Shown here: positions 1-7,761 of the stretch, piece after piece
How the letters are laid out: every line of letters starts with the position of its first letter
Numbering within the stretch: position 1 is the first letter of the stretch
Assembly: GCA_964388035.1 (NCBI GenBank)
Contig: CAYLZE010000027.1
Span: forward strand, 1 to 14,313
DNA length: 14,313 bases
DNA from: an uncultured archaeon
Lineage (GTDB): Archaea > Asgardarchaeota > Lokiarchaeia > Sigyniarchaeales > SOKP01
Direction of reading: 5' to 3'
Notes under the pieces: generated by a model
What the model was told of the DNA's origin: nothing
The model's input: the letters and a program-made list of their open reading frames with translations, nothing else
Database searches by the model: none
Position numbers and translations under genes: made by a program

Positions 1-63
1 TATTTGATGAAAAATAATCTTGAACGTAATAACAAAAGTAGAAAGACAGATGACCAGGATTAG
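1..63 (+). CDS. Probable 3' end of a gene entering from the left, convergent with smc (partial, product unknown)
   Basis: Frame 1 is open from the window edge (YLMKNNLERNNKSRKTDDQD) to TAG at 61-63, 28 nt from the smc stop. It looks like a hydrophilic C-terminal tail but is too short to identify. Confidence 0.45.
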   Translation, partial: YLMKNNLERNNKSRKTDDQD

Positions 64-91
64 GGTTCTATTTTCATCTTAATACTTAAAT

Positions 92-3000
92 TTAAGCATT
101 TACCGTTTCCTCTCCTAACATCTCATCGACATTTTCAAGATCAACGCTAAAAACATCCGTGATTCCACTTTGCTGCATGGACACCCCATAAATTCTGTCC
201 GCATTCACGATATTCTCTTCTCTGTGACTGATGACGATGAATTGTGATTGCTCTGCATACTCCTTTATGACCAGCGAGACCCTGTTGGCGTTCAAAGAAT
301 CGAGAGCTGCATCTATTTCATCTAAAACGAAGAACGGTGCCGGAAAGAACTCCTGGACGGCAAAGATGAACGAGAGAGCCACCAGCGTTTTTTCACCACC
401 ACTTAACATTTCAATCGAGCTGATAGGTTTTCCGTGAGGACGAGCATTAATACTTACGCCCCCTTCAAAGGGTGATTCGGGCCGATCTAATAACATTTTA
501 GCGGAACCGCCTGGAGATAATTTTTGAAAGGTATTAGAAAAAGCACGATTTATTTCATGGTATGCCTTCATGAACGTTTTTGTTTTTTCCAGCTCGATTT
601 TTTCAATAGCATCTAATATAGCTTTTCGCTCTCTTTGTATCGTTTGCCTACGCATGTCAATTTCATCGAATCGTTCTTTAGTCACATCATATTGTTCAAT
701 TGCTTTGAGATTAACGGGTTCAAGAGCTTTTTTCTTATTATTTGCATCAACAATCTGATTTTGTAGCATTGACTCTGTCAAATCTGCCGTAATTATTGGC
801 AGCGTTCCATATTCCTTGGAACGTTCATATAAAGTTTCTATTTGATCGACACAGATAATTTTTTTCGATTCATAGTTATTTAATTTAGAATTTTCCATGG
901 AATGAGAGGTTTTGAAATCGGAGACTTTTTCCTGGATCTGCTTTTGTTTCTCCCAAGATGCATCTTTTTGTGCCAATAAATCATCAATTTCTTTTTGTTT
1001 TTCTTCCTTTCGTCCGCTTTCAATTTGGAGGGAATCTTCAATGGTCTTTATTTGAATATTTAAATTATTTATTTTATTCTCAGTATTTGACTTTTCTTCA
1101 ATTAAGGAAAGGATGAGATTATCTCTTTCTTTATTTTTATTAAGCTCATTCAAATTATTCTGTAATTCTTGCAATTCTTTATTCAAATTGTTCAATTCTT
1201 TTTGAACCGATTTTTGCTTCTTTAATTCTTCTGCTTTTTCCGATCGCAATTCTTCTATCTTATTTTGAAAAGAGTCTACATCTATCTGGATTTTCTCAAT
1301 TTCAGAAGTTAATTTATCTATCACTTGCTTGCTATTCTCCATTTTTTGTTCTGCTTCAGAATTCTCTCTGGAAATCTCTTCAATTGAAGTGATTATCCTT
1401 TTGACATTTTCAAGGCCTCTCTTTCTATCCAAAACGTTTTCCAATAGTTCATTTTGATTATCAATTTTCTTATTTATATTCTCTGTCTTTTCCCAAAATC
1501 TATCTTTTTCTTTATTCAAATTATCAATTTCTTCTTGTATCTGTTTCTTCTGTTCATCAAGCTTTTCAATTTGCTTTTGTATATCATTGATTTTCTCCTT
1601 ATTCTCCTTAATTATACTTTCCAATTTTTGAATATTACCTTCAATTTCAGCAATATTTTCATATAACGTTTGAATTCCTTGCAAATCTTGTAATTTTTCT
1701 TGTATATCGTCAAAAATTTTCTGATTTTCCTCAATTGCTAATTGTAGTTGCGATAAATTATCCCAATAAGTGTTTTTTGCCTCATTTATGGTATTAATCT
1801 CACTTAATAACTTCTTAAGATCATCTTTTTGTGTAGTGAGTGATTGTACTCTCTCTTCGTTTTTATTCTCAATCTCGGTAATTTTTTCATTTAATTCAGA
1901 TATTCGTTGATTTGCATCATTTAATCTTAATTCTTTTGCTTTTAAATTTTCATTATCATGATCTTTATTTAATTGAGTTTCAGAAAGTTCTCTTTCCAAA
2001 GTGCTTAATTCTTTCTGTTGCGTATTAATGTTTTCAGAGATATCCTCTAATTGTTTATACAAATCTTGACTTTTTGATATAGTTAAGGTTTTTAGTGATA
2101 AATGAATATCTTGTAAGATTTCCATTAGATCTTGAACAAATGTATCAAAACTTGAAGTGGAATCTTGAACCGCAATATCTACAGATTCTCTTACTTTAAA
2201 AATCAACTGCTCTATGGAAGAATCTACGTTTTCAATGAACATATCCAAGGTTTGGCGTATAGAATTAATTACGGTTGACATTTCCTGTATTTTTTCCTCT
2301 TCACATTCTATTCCCTCCATAGTTTTCATGATATCAACGACATCAAGTACAAATTTTCTGAGATCCTCTCCCGCTGATCCAATTGCTTCCGAATTTGATT
2401 GTTGGATATTTCCTTTTATAGAATCTACGGAAATTTCTATGTTTTGCGTGAGCATGTTTAATATTTGTAGAATTGCTCTGATATCTTCCTTATTTTTTTC
2501 ATATTCTTCTTCGGATTTGTCAATTTTTATCATCATATTTTCCTTTTCCTGTAATAACTCAGCCAATCGCCTTTGAATATTATCCTTTTTAATATTAAAA
2601 TTTTCTACTTCATTGTCCATTTTATTGATTTTCTCTCTTAAATTGTTTATATTCAATTCTAATGTTTGCTTTTCTCGTTGTAATCCGGTTAATTCCTTTT
2701 TGAAAATATTCAATTCGATTTGAGAATTATCAATTTTACTTTGAATCGTATTAATTTCTGAATTAATTGAATTTTGCTTCAGTTTATATACTTCTAATTC
2801 TTTTTCATTAGTCCGAAAGTTTGACTCATTTTCTTTGGATCTTGCTTTAAGATCTTGGATCTTTTGAGATGATTCATTTTTTTTTTGGATTAATTCTTTA
2901 GCAATTGCCTCGGTATCTTTCCCCTTACTTATTTCTCTTATTCGATCTTCTAGTTTTCGTTTCTTGTTAGTTAAATCTTCTATATTATCGCTCTGTAACT

Positions 3001-4528
3001 TAATTTCGGTAGTATAAGACGTTAAAGTGGCTTGATTATTTGCCAATTGTGAATTTAATTGATTTTTCTCTTCTTGCTTTAAACTTCTCTCTTGCTCAAG
3101 ATCTTTTTGTCTTTCATTTTCGCCGGATATTTCTTGTTTTAGATTTTCTATTAAACTTCTGATTTGTTGCTCCTCGGCACTTGCTTTTTGTATTGCCTCT
3201 TCTATGTTTTCTGCATCTCCTTTCAATAAATTTAATTCTTTGTTCAATTTAATTCTCTTTTCTTCGTTCTTCTTAATGTTTTCCTGGAGAAGTTTTATTT
3301 GGGCTTGGTTTGAGGAAACATTTTGCTTCTTTATAGAAATTTCTGAATTTAACTTTCCTTTTTCTTCTTCTTGAATACCTATTTTTTTTTCCAGTTCAGA
3401 TTGAAGTTGTTGTCTACTATCTATCTCATTTTTTGCCTTTTCGATTTGATTTTCACAATTAGTTATTTGCTTTCTTTTAATTTCAATTAAAAGATCATAG
3501 GTTTGACCCTCTTCTAATTCCATTTGTTGCTTTACTAATTGCTCCTTATCTTGAATTATTTTATTAAGCGACTGTTCGGAAATATTTAATTCTGTTTTTG
3601 TAGAAGACAAATTCGTTTTCAAATTAGTTAAAGATTCGTTTATGGACTCTCTTTCTTTCTCTTTTTCAATTATCACTCTCTGAACATTTTCCATGACTAA
3701 AGATTCTTGTTTCAAGAGACCTTCTTCTCTTTTAATTTTCTCTTCTAATTCACCAACAAATCTTTTGGTTTTTTCGATATTTTTCTCCAGCTCTTTTTCT
3801 TCTTCTTGTAATTCAGATATTTTTAAAGCAATTAATTGAGCATTAAATAAATTAATCTTTTCTTCTAACTCTTTCCAAGCTAATGCATCATTTTTCTCCT
3901 TTTCAACCTTTTTCAATTGTGAGGAAACTTCCTTGAAAATGGCTTCAAATTGTCCCAAATCTCTTTCTGCTTTTTCTAATTCCTTAAAGGTAACATCTTT
4001 CATCTCATCGTATTTTTCTAATCCGATAAGTTCTTCAATAAATTTGCGCCTATCATTACTGTCCATGTGGGTTAATTCCACTATTTTTCCTTGTAGAATA
4101 AATTGGTTTGAACCGTCAGGATCAATATTTCCCATTGCTAATGCATTTAATATTTGCTGACGTGTCGTAATTTTCCCATTCATTTTATACTTTCCAATGC
4201 CTCCTTTTTTGATTACCCTCGTAATCTCAAAAGTCTCAGTACCCCCGGGAAATATTCCCTCCGAATTATCAAAGGTTATCGTGACTGCGGCTCTTTTTGC
4301 GGGGTTCTTACCCGTTGATCCCGCAAAGATCAAATCTTCTAAACTTTTAGCTCTCATCGTTTTTTTGCTTAGCCTTCCTAATGCAAAACATAAAGCATCA
4401 ATAATATTTGACTTCCCTGCGCCGTTAGGGCCCACCACGCACGTAAACCCGCGTGAGAAATTGACGGTAACTGTTCGATCACCGAAAGATTTAAAACCGC
4501 TCATGGAAATCTTTTTTATAAAGGTCAA
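92..4528 (-). CDS. smc: SMC-family chromosome segregation ATPase (condensin-type head) with extended arms and a non-canonical hinge
   Basis: Head motifs: N-terminal GFKSF, Walker A GPNGAGKS, R-finger region MRAKSL, Q-loop ILQG, PVNLKAIEQY, signature LSGGEK, Walker B/D-loop VLDEIDAALD and H-loop ISH. About 1000 aa of heptad-rich coiled coil lies between the head halves. TTG start with AGGAG 7 nt upstream. Confidence 0.95.
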   Translation of the reverse strand: MTFIKKISMSGFKSFGDRTVTVNFSRGFTCVVGPNGAGKSNIIDALCFALGRLSKKTMRAKSLEDLIFAGSTGKNPAKRAAVTITFDNSEGIFPGGTETFEITRVIKKGGIGKYKMNGKITTRQQILNALAMGNIDPDGSNQFILQGKIVELTHMDSNDRRKFIEELIGLEKYDEMKDVTFKELEKAERDLGQFEAIFKEVSSQLKKVEKEKNDALAWKELEEKINLFNAQLIALKISELQEEEKELEKNIEKTKRFVGELEEKIKREEGLLKQESLVMENVQRVIIEKEKERESINESLTNLKTNLSSTKTELNISEQSLNKIIQDKEQLVKQQMELEEGQTYDLLIEIKRKQITNCENQIEKAKNEIDSRQQLQSELEKKIGIQEEEKGKLNSEISIKKQNVSSNQAQIKLLQENIKKNEEKRIKLNKELNLLKGDAENIEEAIQKASAEEQQIRSLIENLKQEISGENERQKDLEQERSLKQEEKNQLNSQLANNQATLTSYTTEIKLQSDNIEDLTNKKRKLEDRIREISKGKDTEAIAKELIQKKNESSQKIQDLKARSKENESNFRTNEKELEVYKLKQNSINSEINTIQSKIDNSQIELNIFKKELTGLQREKQTLELNINNLREKINKMDNEVENFNIKKDNIQRRLAELLQEKENMMIKIDKSEEEYEKNKEDIRAILQILNMLTQNIEISVDSIKGNIQQSNSEAIGSAGEDLRKFVLDVVDIMKTMEGIECEEEKIQEMSTVINSIRQTLDMFIENVDSSIEQLIFKVRESVDIAVQDSTSSFDTFVQDLMEILQDIHLSLKTLTISKSQDLYKQLEDISENINTQQKELSTLERELSETQLNKDHDNENLKAKELRLNDANQRISELNEKITEIENKNEERVQSLTTQKDDLKKLLSEINTINEAKNTYWDNLSQLQLAIEENQKIFDDIQEKLQDLQGIQTLYENIAEIEGNIQKLESIIKENKEKINDIQKQIEKLDEQKKQIQEEIDNLNKEKDRFWEKTENINKKIDNQNELLENVLDRKRGLENVKRIITSIEEISRENSEAEQKMENSKQVIDKLTSEIEKIQIDVDSFQNKIEELRSEKAEELKKQKSVQKELNNLNKELQELQNNLNELNKNKERDNLILSLIEEKSNTENKINNLNIQIKTIEDSLQIESGRKEEKQKEIDDLLAQKDASWEKQKQIQEKVSDFKTSHSMENSKLNNYESKKIICVDQIETLYERSKEYGTLPIITADLTESMLQNQIVDANNKKKALEPVNLKAIEQYDVTKERFDEIDMRRQTIQRERKAILDAIEKIELEKTKTFMKAYHEINRAFSNTFQKLSPGGSAKMLLDRPESPFEGGVSINARPHGKPISSIEMLSGGEKTLVALSFIFAVQEFFPAPFFVLDEIDAALDSLNANRVSLVIKEYAEQSQFIVISHREENIVNADRIYGVSMQQSGITDVFSVDLENVDEMLGEETVNA
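2105..2482 (-). repeat. Protein-level tandem repeat (2 x ~55 aa, period 71 aa) at the SMC apex
   Basis: aa 683-737 and aa 754-808 align without gaps, sharing I..I.Q.L.M...N...S..........S...A..........FV.D...I. Confidence 0.75.
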
Positions 4529-4535
4529 AATAATT

Positions 4536-4540
4536 CTCCT
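4536..4540 (-). promoter_or_regulatory. Shine-Dalgarno site (AGGAG) for smc
   Basis: The minus strand reads AGGAG-aattatt-TTG. Confidence 0.7.
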
Positions 4541-4574
4541 TTTTCCTTTTATATAAAAGAGGAGGAATTCTAAC

Positions 4575-4590
4575 TATAAAATTTTTTTTG
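4575..4590 (-). promoter_or_regulatory. Candidate BRE/TATA promoter for smc
   Basis: The minus strand reads cAAAAAAAAt-TTTATA, an A-rich BRE-like run followed by a TATA box about 47 nt upstream of the start. The AT-rich background lowers specificity. Confidence 0.4.
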
Positions 4591-4666
4591 ATATATTTTT
4601 TAATTGTCCACAAGTAATGCGAATTCAATACAGGTTCTAGTATACCATTAAAATGGACAAGAATAT

Positions 4667-4673
4667 AAAAAAA
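4667..4673 (-). terminator. Oligo-T archaeal-type terminator after the cdc6-like gene
   Basis: T7 tract on the minus strand 2 nt after the stop codon. Confidence 0.4.
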
Positions 4674-4675
4674 GA

Positions 4676-5875
4676 TTAAACTGGTGAATTAGAAAATATA
4701 GTATCGACCATTATTTTTAAGCGATTTGGACTGATTCCCATGAAGTAATTATTTAAATCAGGATTTTTCTCTGAAGAATAACCATGAACATGGTGAAGTT
4801 TTCTTGCTTTACTTAGAATCCCGATTCCATTAATCATCTCAAGCATGCCATTAAATTCTGATCTATCTTTTTCGTAGATTAGAGATTCACAAGAAAGTTC
4901 ATATAATTCATAGAGGTCTTTTAACTTAATATAAAATTTGGTTGAATTGGTTAGAAAATAATTGGCTAAGTTGTCTAAGAAAATTATGGTTAATATGTTC
5001 TCTTCAGAAAGATAATTAACCATGTTGAACTCATCCGTCATGCCTAGCGTTTCAAAATTGTTTTGACAAATCTCTAATATTTCCGTTTGCCCCAAGACAT
5101 CACTCTTTTGAAGGAATGGATAAAGATCTCGTAGAATTTCTATACCTTTACCCGGAACCGGTACATGATGCTCGAAGATTAAATCCACGATATATTGTAT
5201 TAATTCATCATCAATTTCATGAGAAAAAACAAGGGAAATTCTCTGCTGAAGGATTTGGTATAATTGATTGAAGGTATAATAGTTTAATTTATTTTTAAAG
5301 TCAAATTTGGAGAATACTTCAAGAGTTGAAGGATTCAAAACCTTATTTAAGGTATAAATAGAAGTGATATTTACATCCTTACCCAAAAAAAGCAACTTGT
5401 TTAAAAATCTGGGTTCTAAATATTCTGCATTATTAAAGACTAAGAGGTATTCATTTTTTAGTTTTCCATAAATTAATTTGAGTAAATTCCAAAGGTAAGA
5501 GATTTTTGAATTAAGAATTAAACTTAAATCTATATTTAGATTAAGAACTTCTTTTGTTTGAGAGATTAATGTAAATAAGAGTTCATCCACTTTTTTTTCC
5601 TTACAATCTATATTAATTTTTTTTAGTGCTTTAAAATCTTGATTTTGATTTATTAAATCATTTAAAACTTTATTTACTATTGCTTTTTTACCAATTCCTT
5701 GGGTTCCTTGAACCATGATATTTAAACTAAAATTATCCACTATGGAATCATTTAATAATGAGAGAAGGGTATTTTCTTCTTTTTTCCTAAATAAAAGCTT
5801 TGGCGGGAGAAAATTCTCGTCAAATATGGCTTTTGCCCCTACAAAATTAGATTTTTGGATTGTTTTTGCTATCAT
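4676..5875 (-). CDS. Cdc6/Orc1-like AAA+ and winged-helix protein with degenerate ATPase motifs
   Basis: N-terminal FDENFLPPKLLFRKKE matches the Cdc6 'F..ny.P..L.hRe.e' pattern. It also has P-loop GTQGIGKK, INIDC, Walker B-like LLVFNNAEYL, YTFNQLYQILQQR (Cdc6 'Y..eql..IL..R') and a C-terminal WH-like segment (LKDLYELY...LEMINGIGIL). The length of 399 aa is typical. Confidence 0.82.
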   Translation of the reverse strand: MIAKTIQKSNFVGAKAIFDENFLPPKLLFRKKEENTLLSLLNDSIVDNFSLNIMVQGTQGIGKKAIVNKVLNDLINQNQDFKALKKINIDCKEKKVDELLFTLISQTKEVLNLNIDLSLILNSKISYLWNLLKLIYGKLKNEYLLVFNNAEYLEPRFLNKLLFLGKDVNITSIYTLNKVLNPSTLEVFSKFDFKNKLNYYTFNQLYQILQQRISLVFSHEIDDELIQYIVDLIFEHHVPVPGKGIEILRDLYPFLQKSDVLGQTEILEICQNNFETLGMTDEFNMVNYLSEENILTIIFLDNLANYFLTNSTKFYIKLKDLYELYELSCESLIYEKDRSEFNGMLEMINGIGILSKARKLHHVHGYSSEKNPDLNNYFMGISPNRLKIMVDTIFSNSPV

Positions 5876-6184
5876 TTTATGGGTTTACATGTATTTTTAT
5901 TTAGTATTTTTGACCAGCCTATTTAAACCCCACCCACCCAGAGGTCATTGGAAGTAAAAATTTGTTTATAATAAAAAGGCCCAAAGGAGAAATACTTAGG
6001 AAATATGGAATATATATACTTTAAAATAGGAAACTATTCACTTAATTTTTAATTATCAATTAAAATGACCATTAATTAAGGCCAAACAGTACTTATTTTG
6101 GAGAAAAAAGTAAATATTTCAGAAATTTAATTATTTTAATTGTACTTTATGAAAAATTAGAATTCATTAAATTTTTATAAAAAA

Positions 6185-6997
6185 CTAATCAACAACATTT
6201 ATCTGAATACTATTCATGTCAATCTTTTCATTCAATCTAATCTTTCGCATTTTTCTTGGAAAATCTGTATCGATGTTATCAAAAATATACCCTTCCTTAT
6301 CATCAGGAGCTTCTACCACTTTAAGTCTTGAAGGTGTAATATATCCTTTTAGAAAGGAAATTATTTTACTATTCCCCGTGAATTTTCTATCAAGTACCAT
6401 TCCAAGGCTATTACATGCTACTACGGGAATCCTATTTTCTAAAGCCCTTGCTTTTAAGTATATTTCCCAATTTGGCAATCCATCCACTCTTATTTGAGTT
6501 GGAGAAAATAAAATATCCGCCCCATTTAATGCTGCTGCTCTCGGGGTTTCATAGAAGGCCATATCGAAACAGATTAATATGGAAAATCGAATATCATGTA
6601 TTTTAAAAACGTTTAACTTATTACCCGAGGTAAAGTACTTTCGTTCATAAGTATATAAATGAAGTTTATCTTGACGCCCTGTTTCTTCGCCCTTCGCATT
6701 AATGTAATAACAGGTAATCCAAGGTTTTTTATGTGAATTTCGTTCTTCCCATATCGCACCGCTTAGTACGTTTATTTCATTATTTCTTGCTAGTTCCTTA
6801 ATAAAGGTATAATCTGCCCCGCGTTCTTTTTGTAAATTTTGGGAGAGTTCAGTCTGGAATGGGGTCCATCTTTCAGGCAAACATATTATGTCACAAGTAT
6901 CGGATTCTTTTATTAAATTTCTTACCAAATAATCTATCTCGGTGTAACATTTTTCCCTTTCGGGATAAATTCTTGGCTGAATGCAAGCAACTCTCAT
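6185..6997 (-). CDS. Carbon-nitrogen hydrolase (nitrilase superfamily)
   Basis: Glu-Lys-Cys triad motifs IICLPE, QDKLHL and LICFD, plus ARALEN and GNSKII. It lies 17 nt downstream of the HAD gene. Confidence 0.92.
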   Translation of the reverse strand: MRVACIQPRIYPEREKCYTEIDYLVRNLIKESDTCDIICLPERWTPFQTELSQNLQKERGADYTFIKELARNNEINVLSGAIWEERNSHKKPWITCYYINAKGEETGRQDKLHLYTYERKYFTSGNKLNVFKIHDIRFSILICFDMAFYETPRAAALNGADILFSPTQIRVDGLPNWEIYLKARALENRIPVVACNSLGMVLDRKFTGNSKIISFLKGYITPSRLKVVEAPDDKEGYIFDNIDTDFPRKMRKIRLNEKIDMNSIQINVVD

Positions 6998-7014
6998 TAA
7001 TTCATTCTCTCTTT

Positions 7015-7761
7015 TTATTGATCATTTAATTCTCCAATGATAGTTATAAGTTCCTTCAAATCTTTTATTTCATAATCGGGATTTATTCCATTGGGAATGC
7101 GCATGCCCGTAGTCCTAATATCATACTTCCCTCCGCGGTGAATATATACACTGATCATGTTATTTAACAATGCGGGAATTATATCTTTCTCTATTCGATC
7201 TCCAACATAAATGGTTTCCTCTCCTTTAACACCAAACTTTTTTAAACAATAATCAAAAAGTTTCGGATTAGGCTTTCTTATTCCTAATTCATCAGAAATG
7301 ACTACCAAGTCAATTAAATCGTTAATTTTAAGTCTTAAGATCTTTTCATATTGTTTAATGGGAATTCCATCAGTAATAATTGCGGTTTTAATGCCCATTT
7401 CCCTTAACTTAGTCAAGCAGCTTTCCACGTCATCATATAGCTTAATGTTTTCTATTTTTTCCCTATGATATGCGATCACCGCAGCTGCAATGTACTTATA
7501 TTGTTCACTAGGAGATAAGTTTACATTCTCTTCAAAATTATTTAACCGTTTTAAGAAATAATTATAATGTTCTGAAAAATTGCTGCCATAATCATTGACA
7601 ATTTCTTGCATCATTGCTTCTGCTCTATCTAAACTGATGTTCAATCCTAAGTCAATCATGGCTTTAATGCCTGCAATCCTGGCTCTAATACTTAGTTCAG
7701 TGGAATTAAATAAGCAATCGTCTAAGTCAAAAGCCACCAAAACAACACGCTGCCTAATCAT
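7015..7761 (-). CDS. HAD-superfamily hydrolase, subfamily IA (archaeal type)
   Basis: Motif I FDLDDCL, motif II IITDG, motif III KPNP and motif IV YVGDRIEKDI. GAGGA SD at 7769-7773. Confidence 0.93.
   Translation of the reverse strand: MIRQRVVLVAFDLDDCLFNSTELSIRARIAGIKAMIDLGLNISLDRAEAMMQEIVNDYGSNFSEHYNYFLKRLNNFEENVNLSPSEQYKYIAAAVIAYHREKIENIKLYDDVESCLTKLREMGIKTAIITDGIPIKQYEKILRLKINDLIDLVVISDELGIRKPNPKLFDYCLKKFGVKGEETIYVGDRIEKDIIPALLNNMISVYIHRGGKYDIRTTGMRIPNGINPDYEIKDLKELITIIGELNDQ

Noticed and set aside
2105-2482. Intein or transmembrane insertion at the SMC centre
   Set aside because: There are no intein terminal motifs or LAGLIDADG blocks, and the helices are amphipathic and charged rather than membrane-spanning.
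92-4528. Assignment as Rad50/SbcC or as a defence SMC (Wadjet JetC, Lamassu)
   Set aside because: There is no CXXC hook and no adjacent mre11/sbcD, jetABD or effector gene. The head motifs (GFKSF, PVNLKAI, LDEIDAALD) are of the condensin Smc type.
231-4556. Plus-strand ORFs inside smc (231-437, 570-758, 1454-1666, 2214-2576, 3933-4160, 4197-4556)
   Set aside because: They are antisense shadows of a strongly supported gene, with Ser/Ile/Phe-rich composition expected from reverse-complemented Glu/Lys/Asn codons and no motifs.
4676-5875. Calling the cdc6-like gene a pseudogene
   Set aside because: The ORF is full length with no frameshift or internal stop, and the structural motifs are retained.
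5928-5939. G-quadruplex at GGGTGGGTGGGG
   Set aside because: It has only three G3+ tracts, and a canonical intramolecular G4 needs four.
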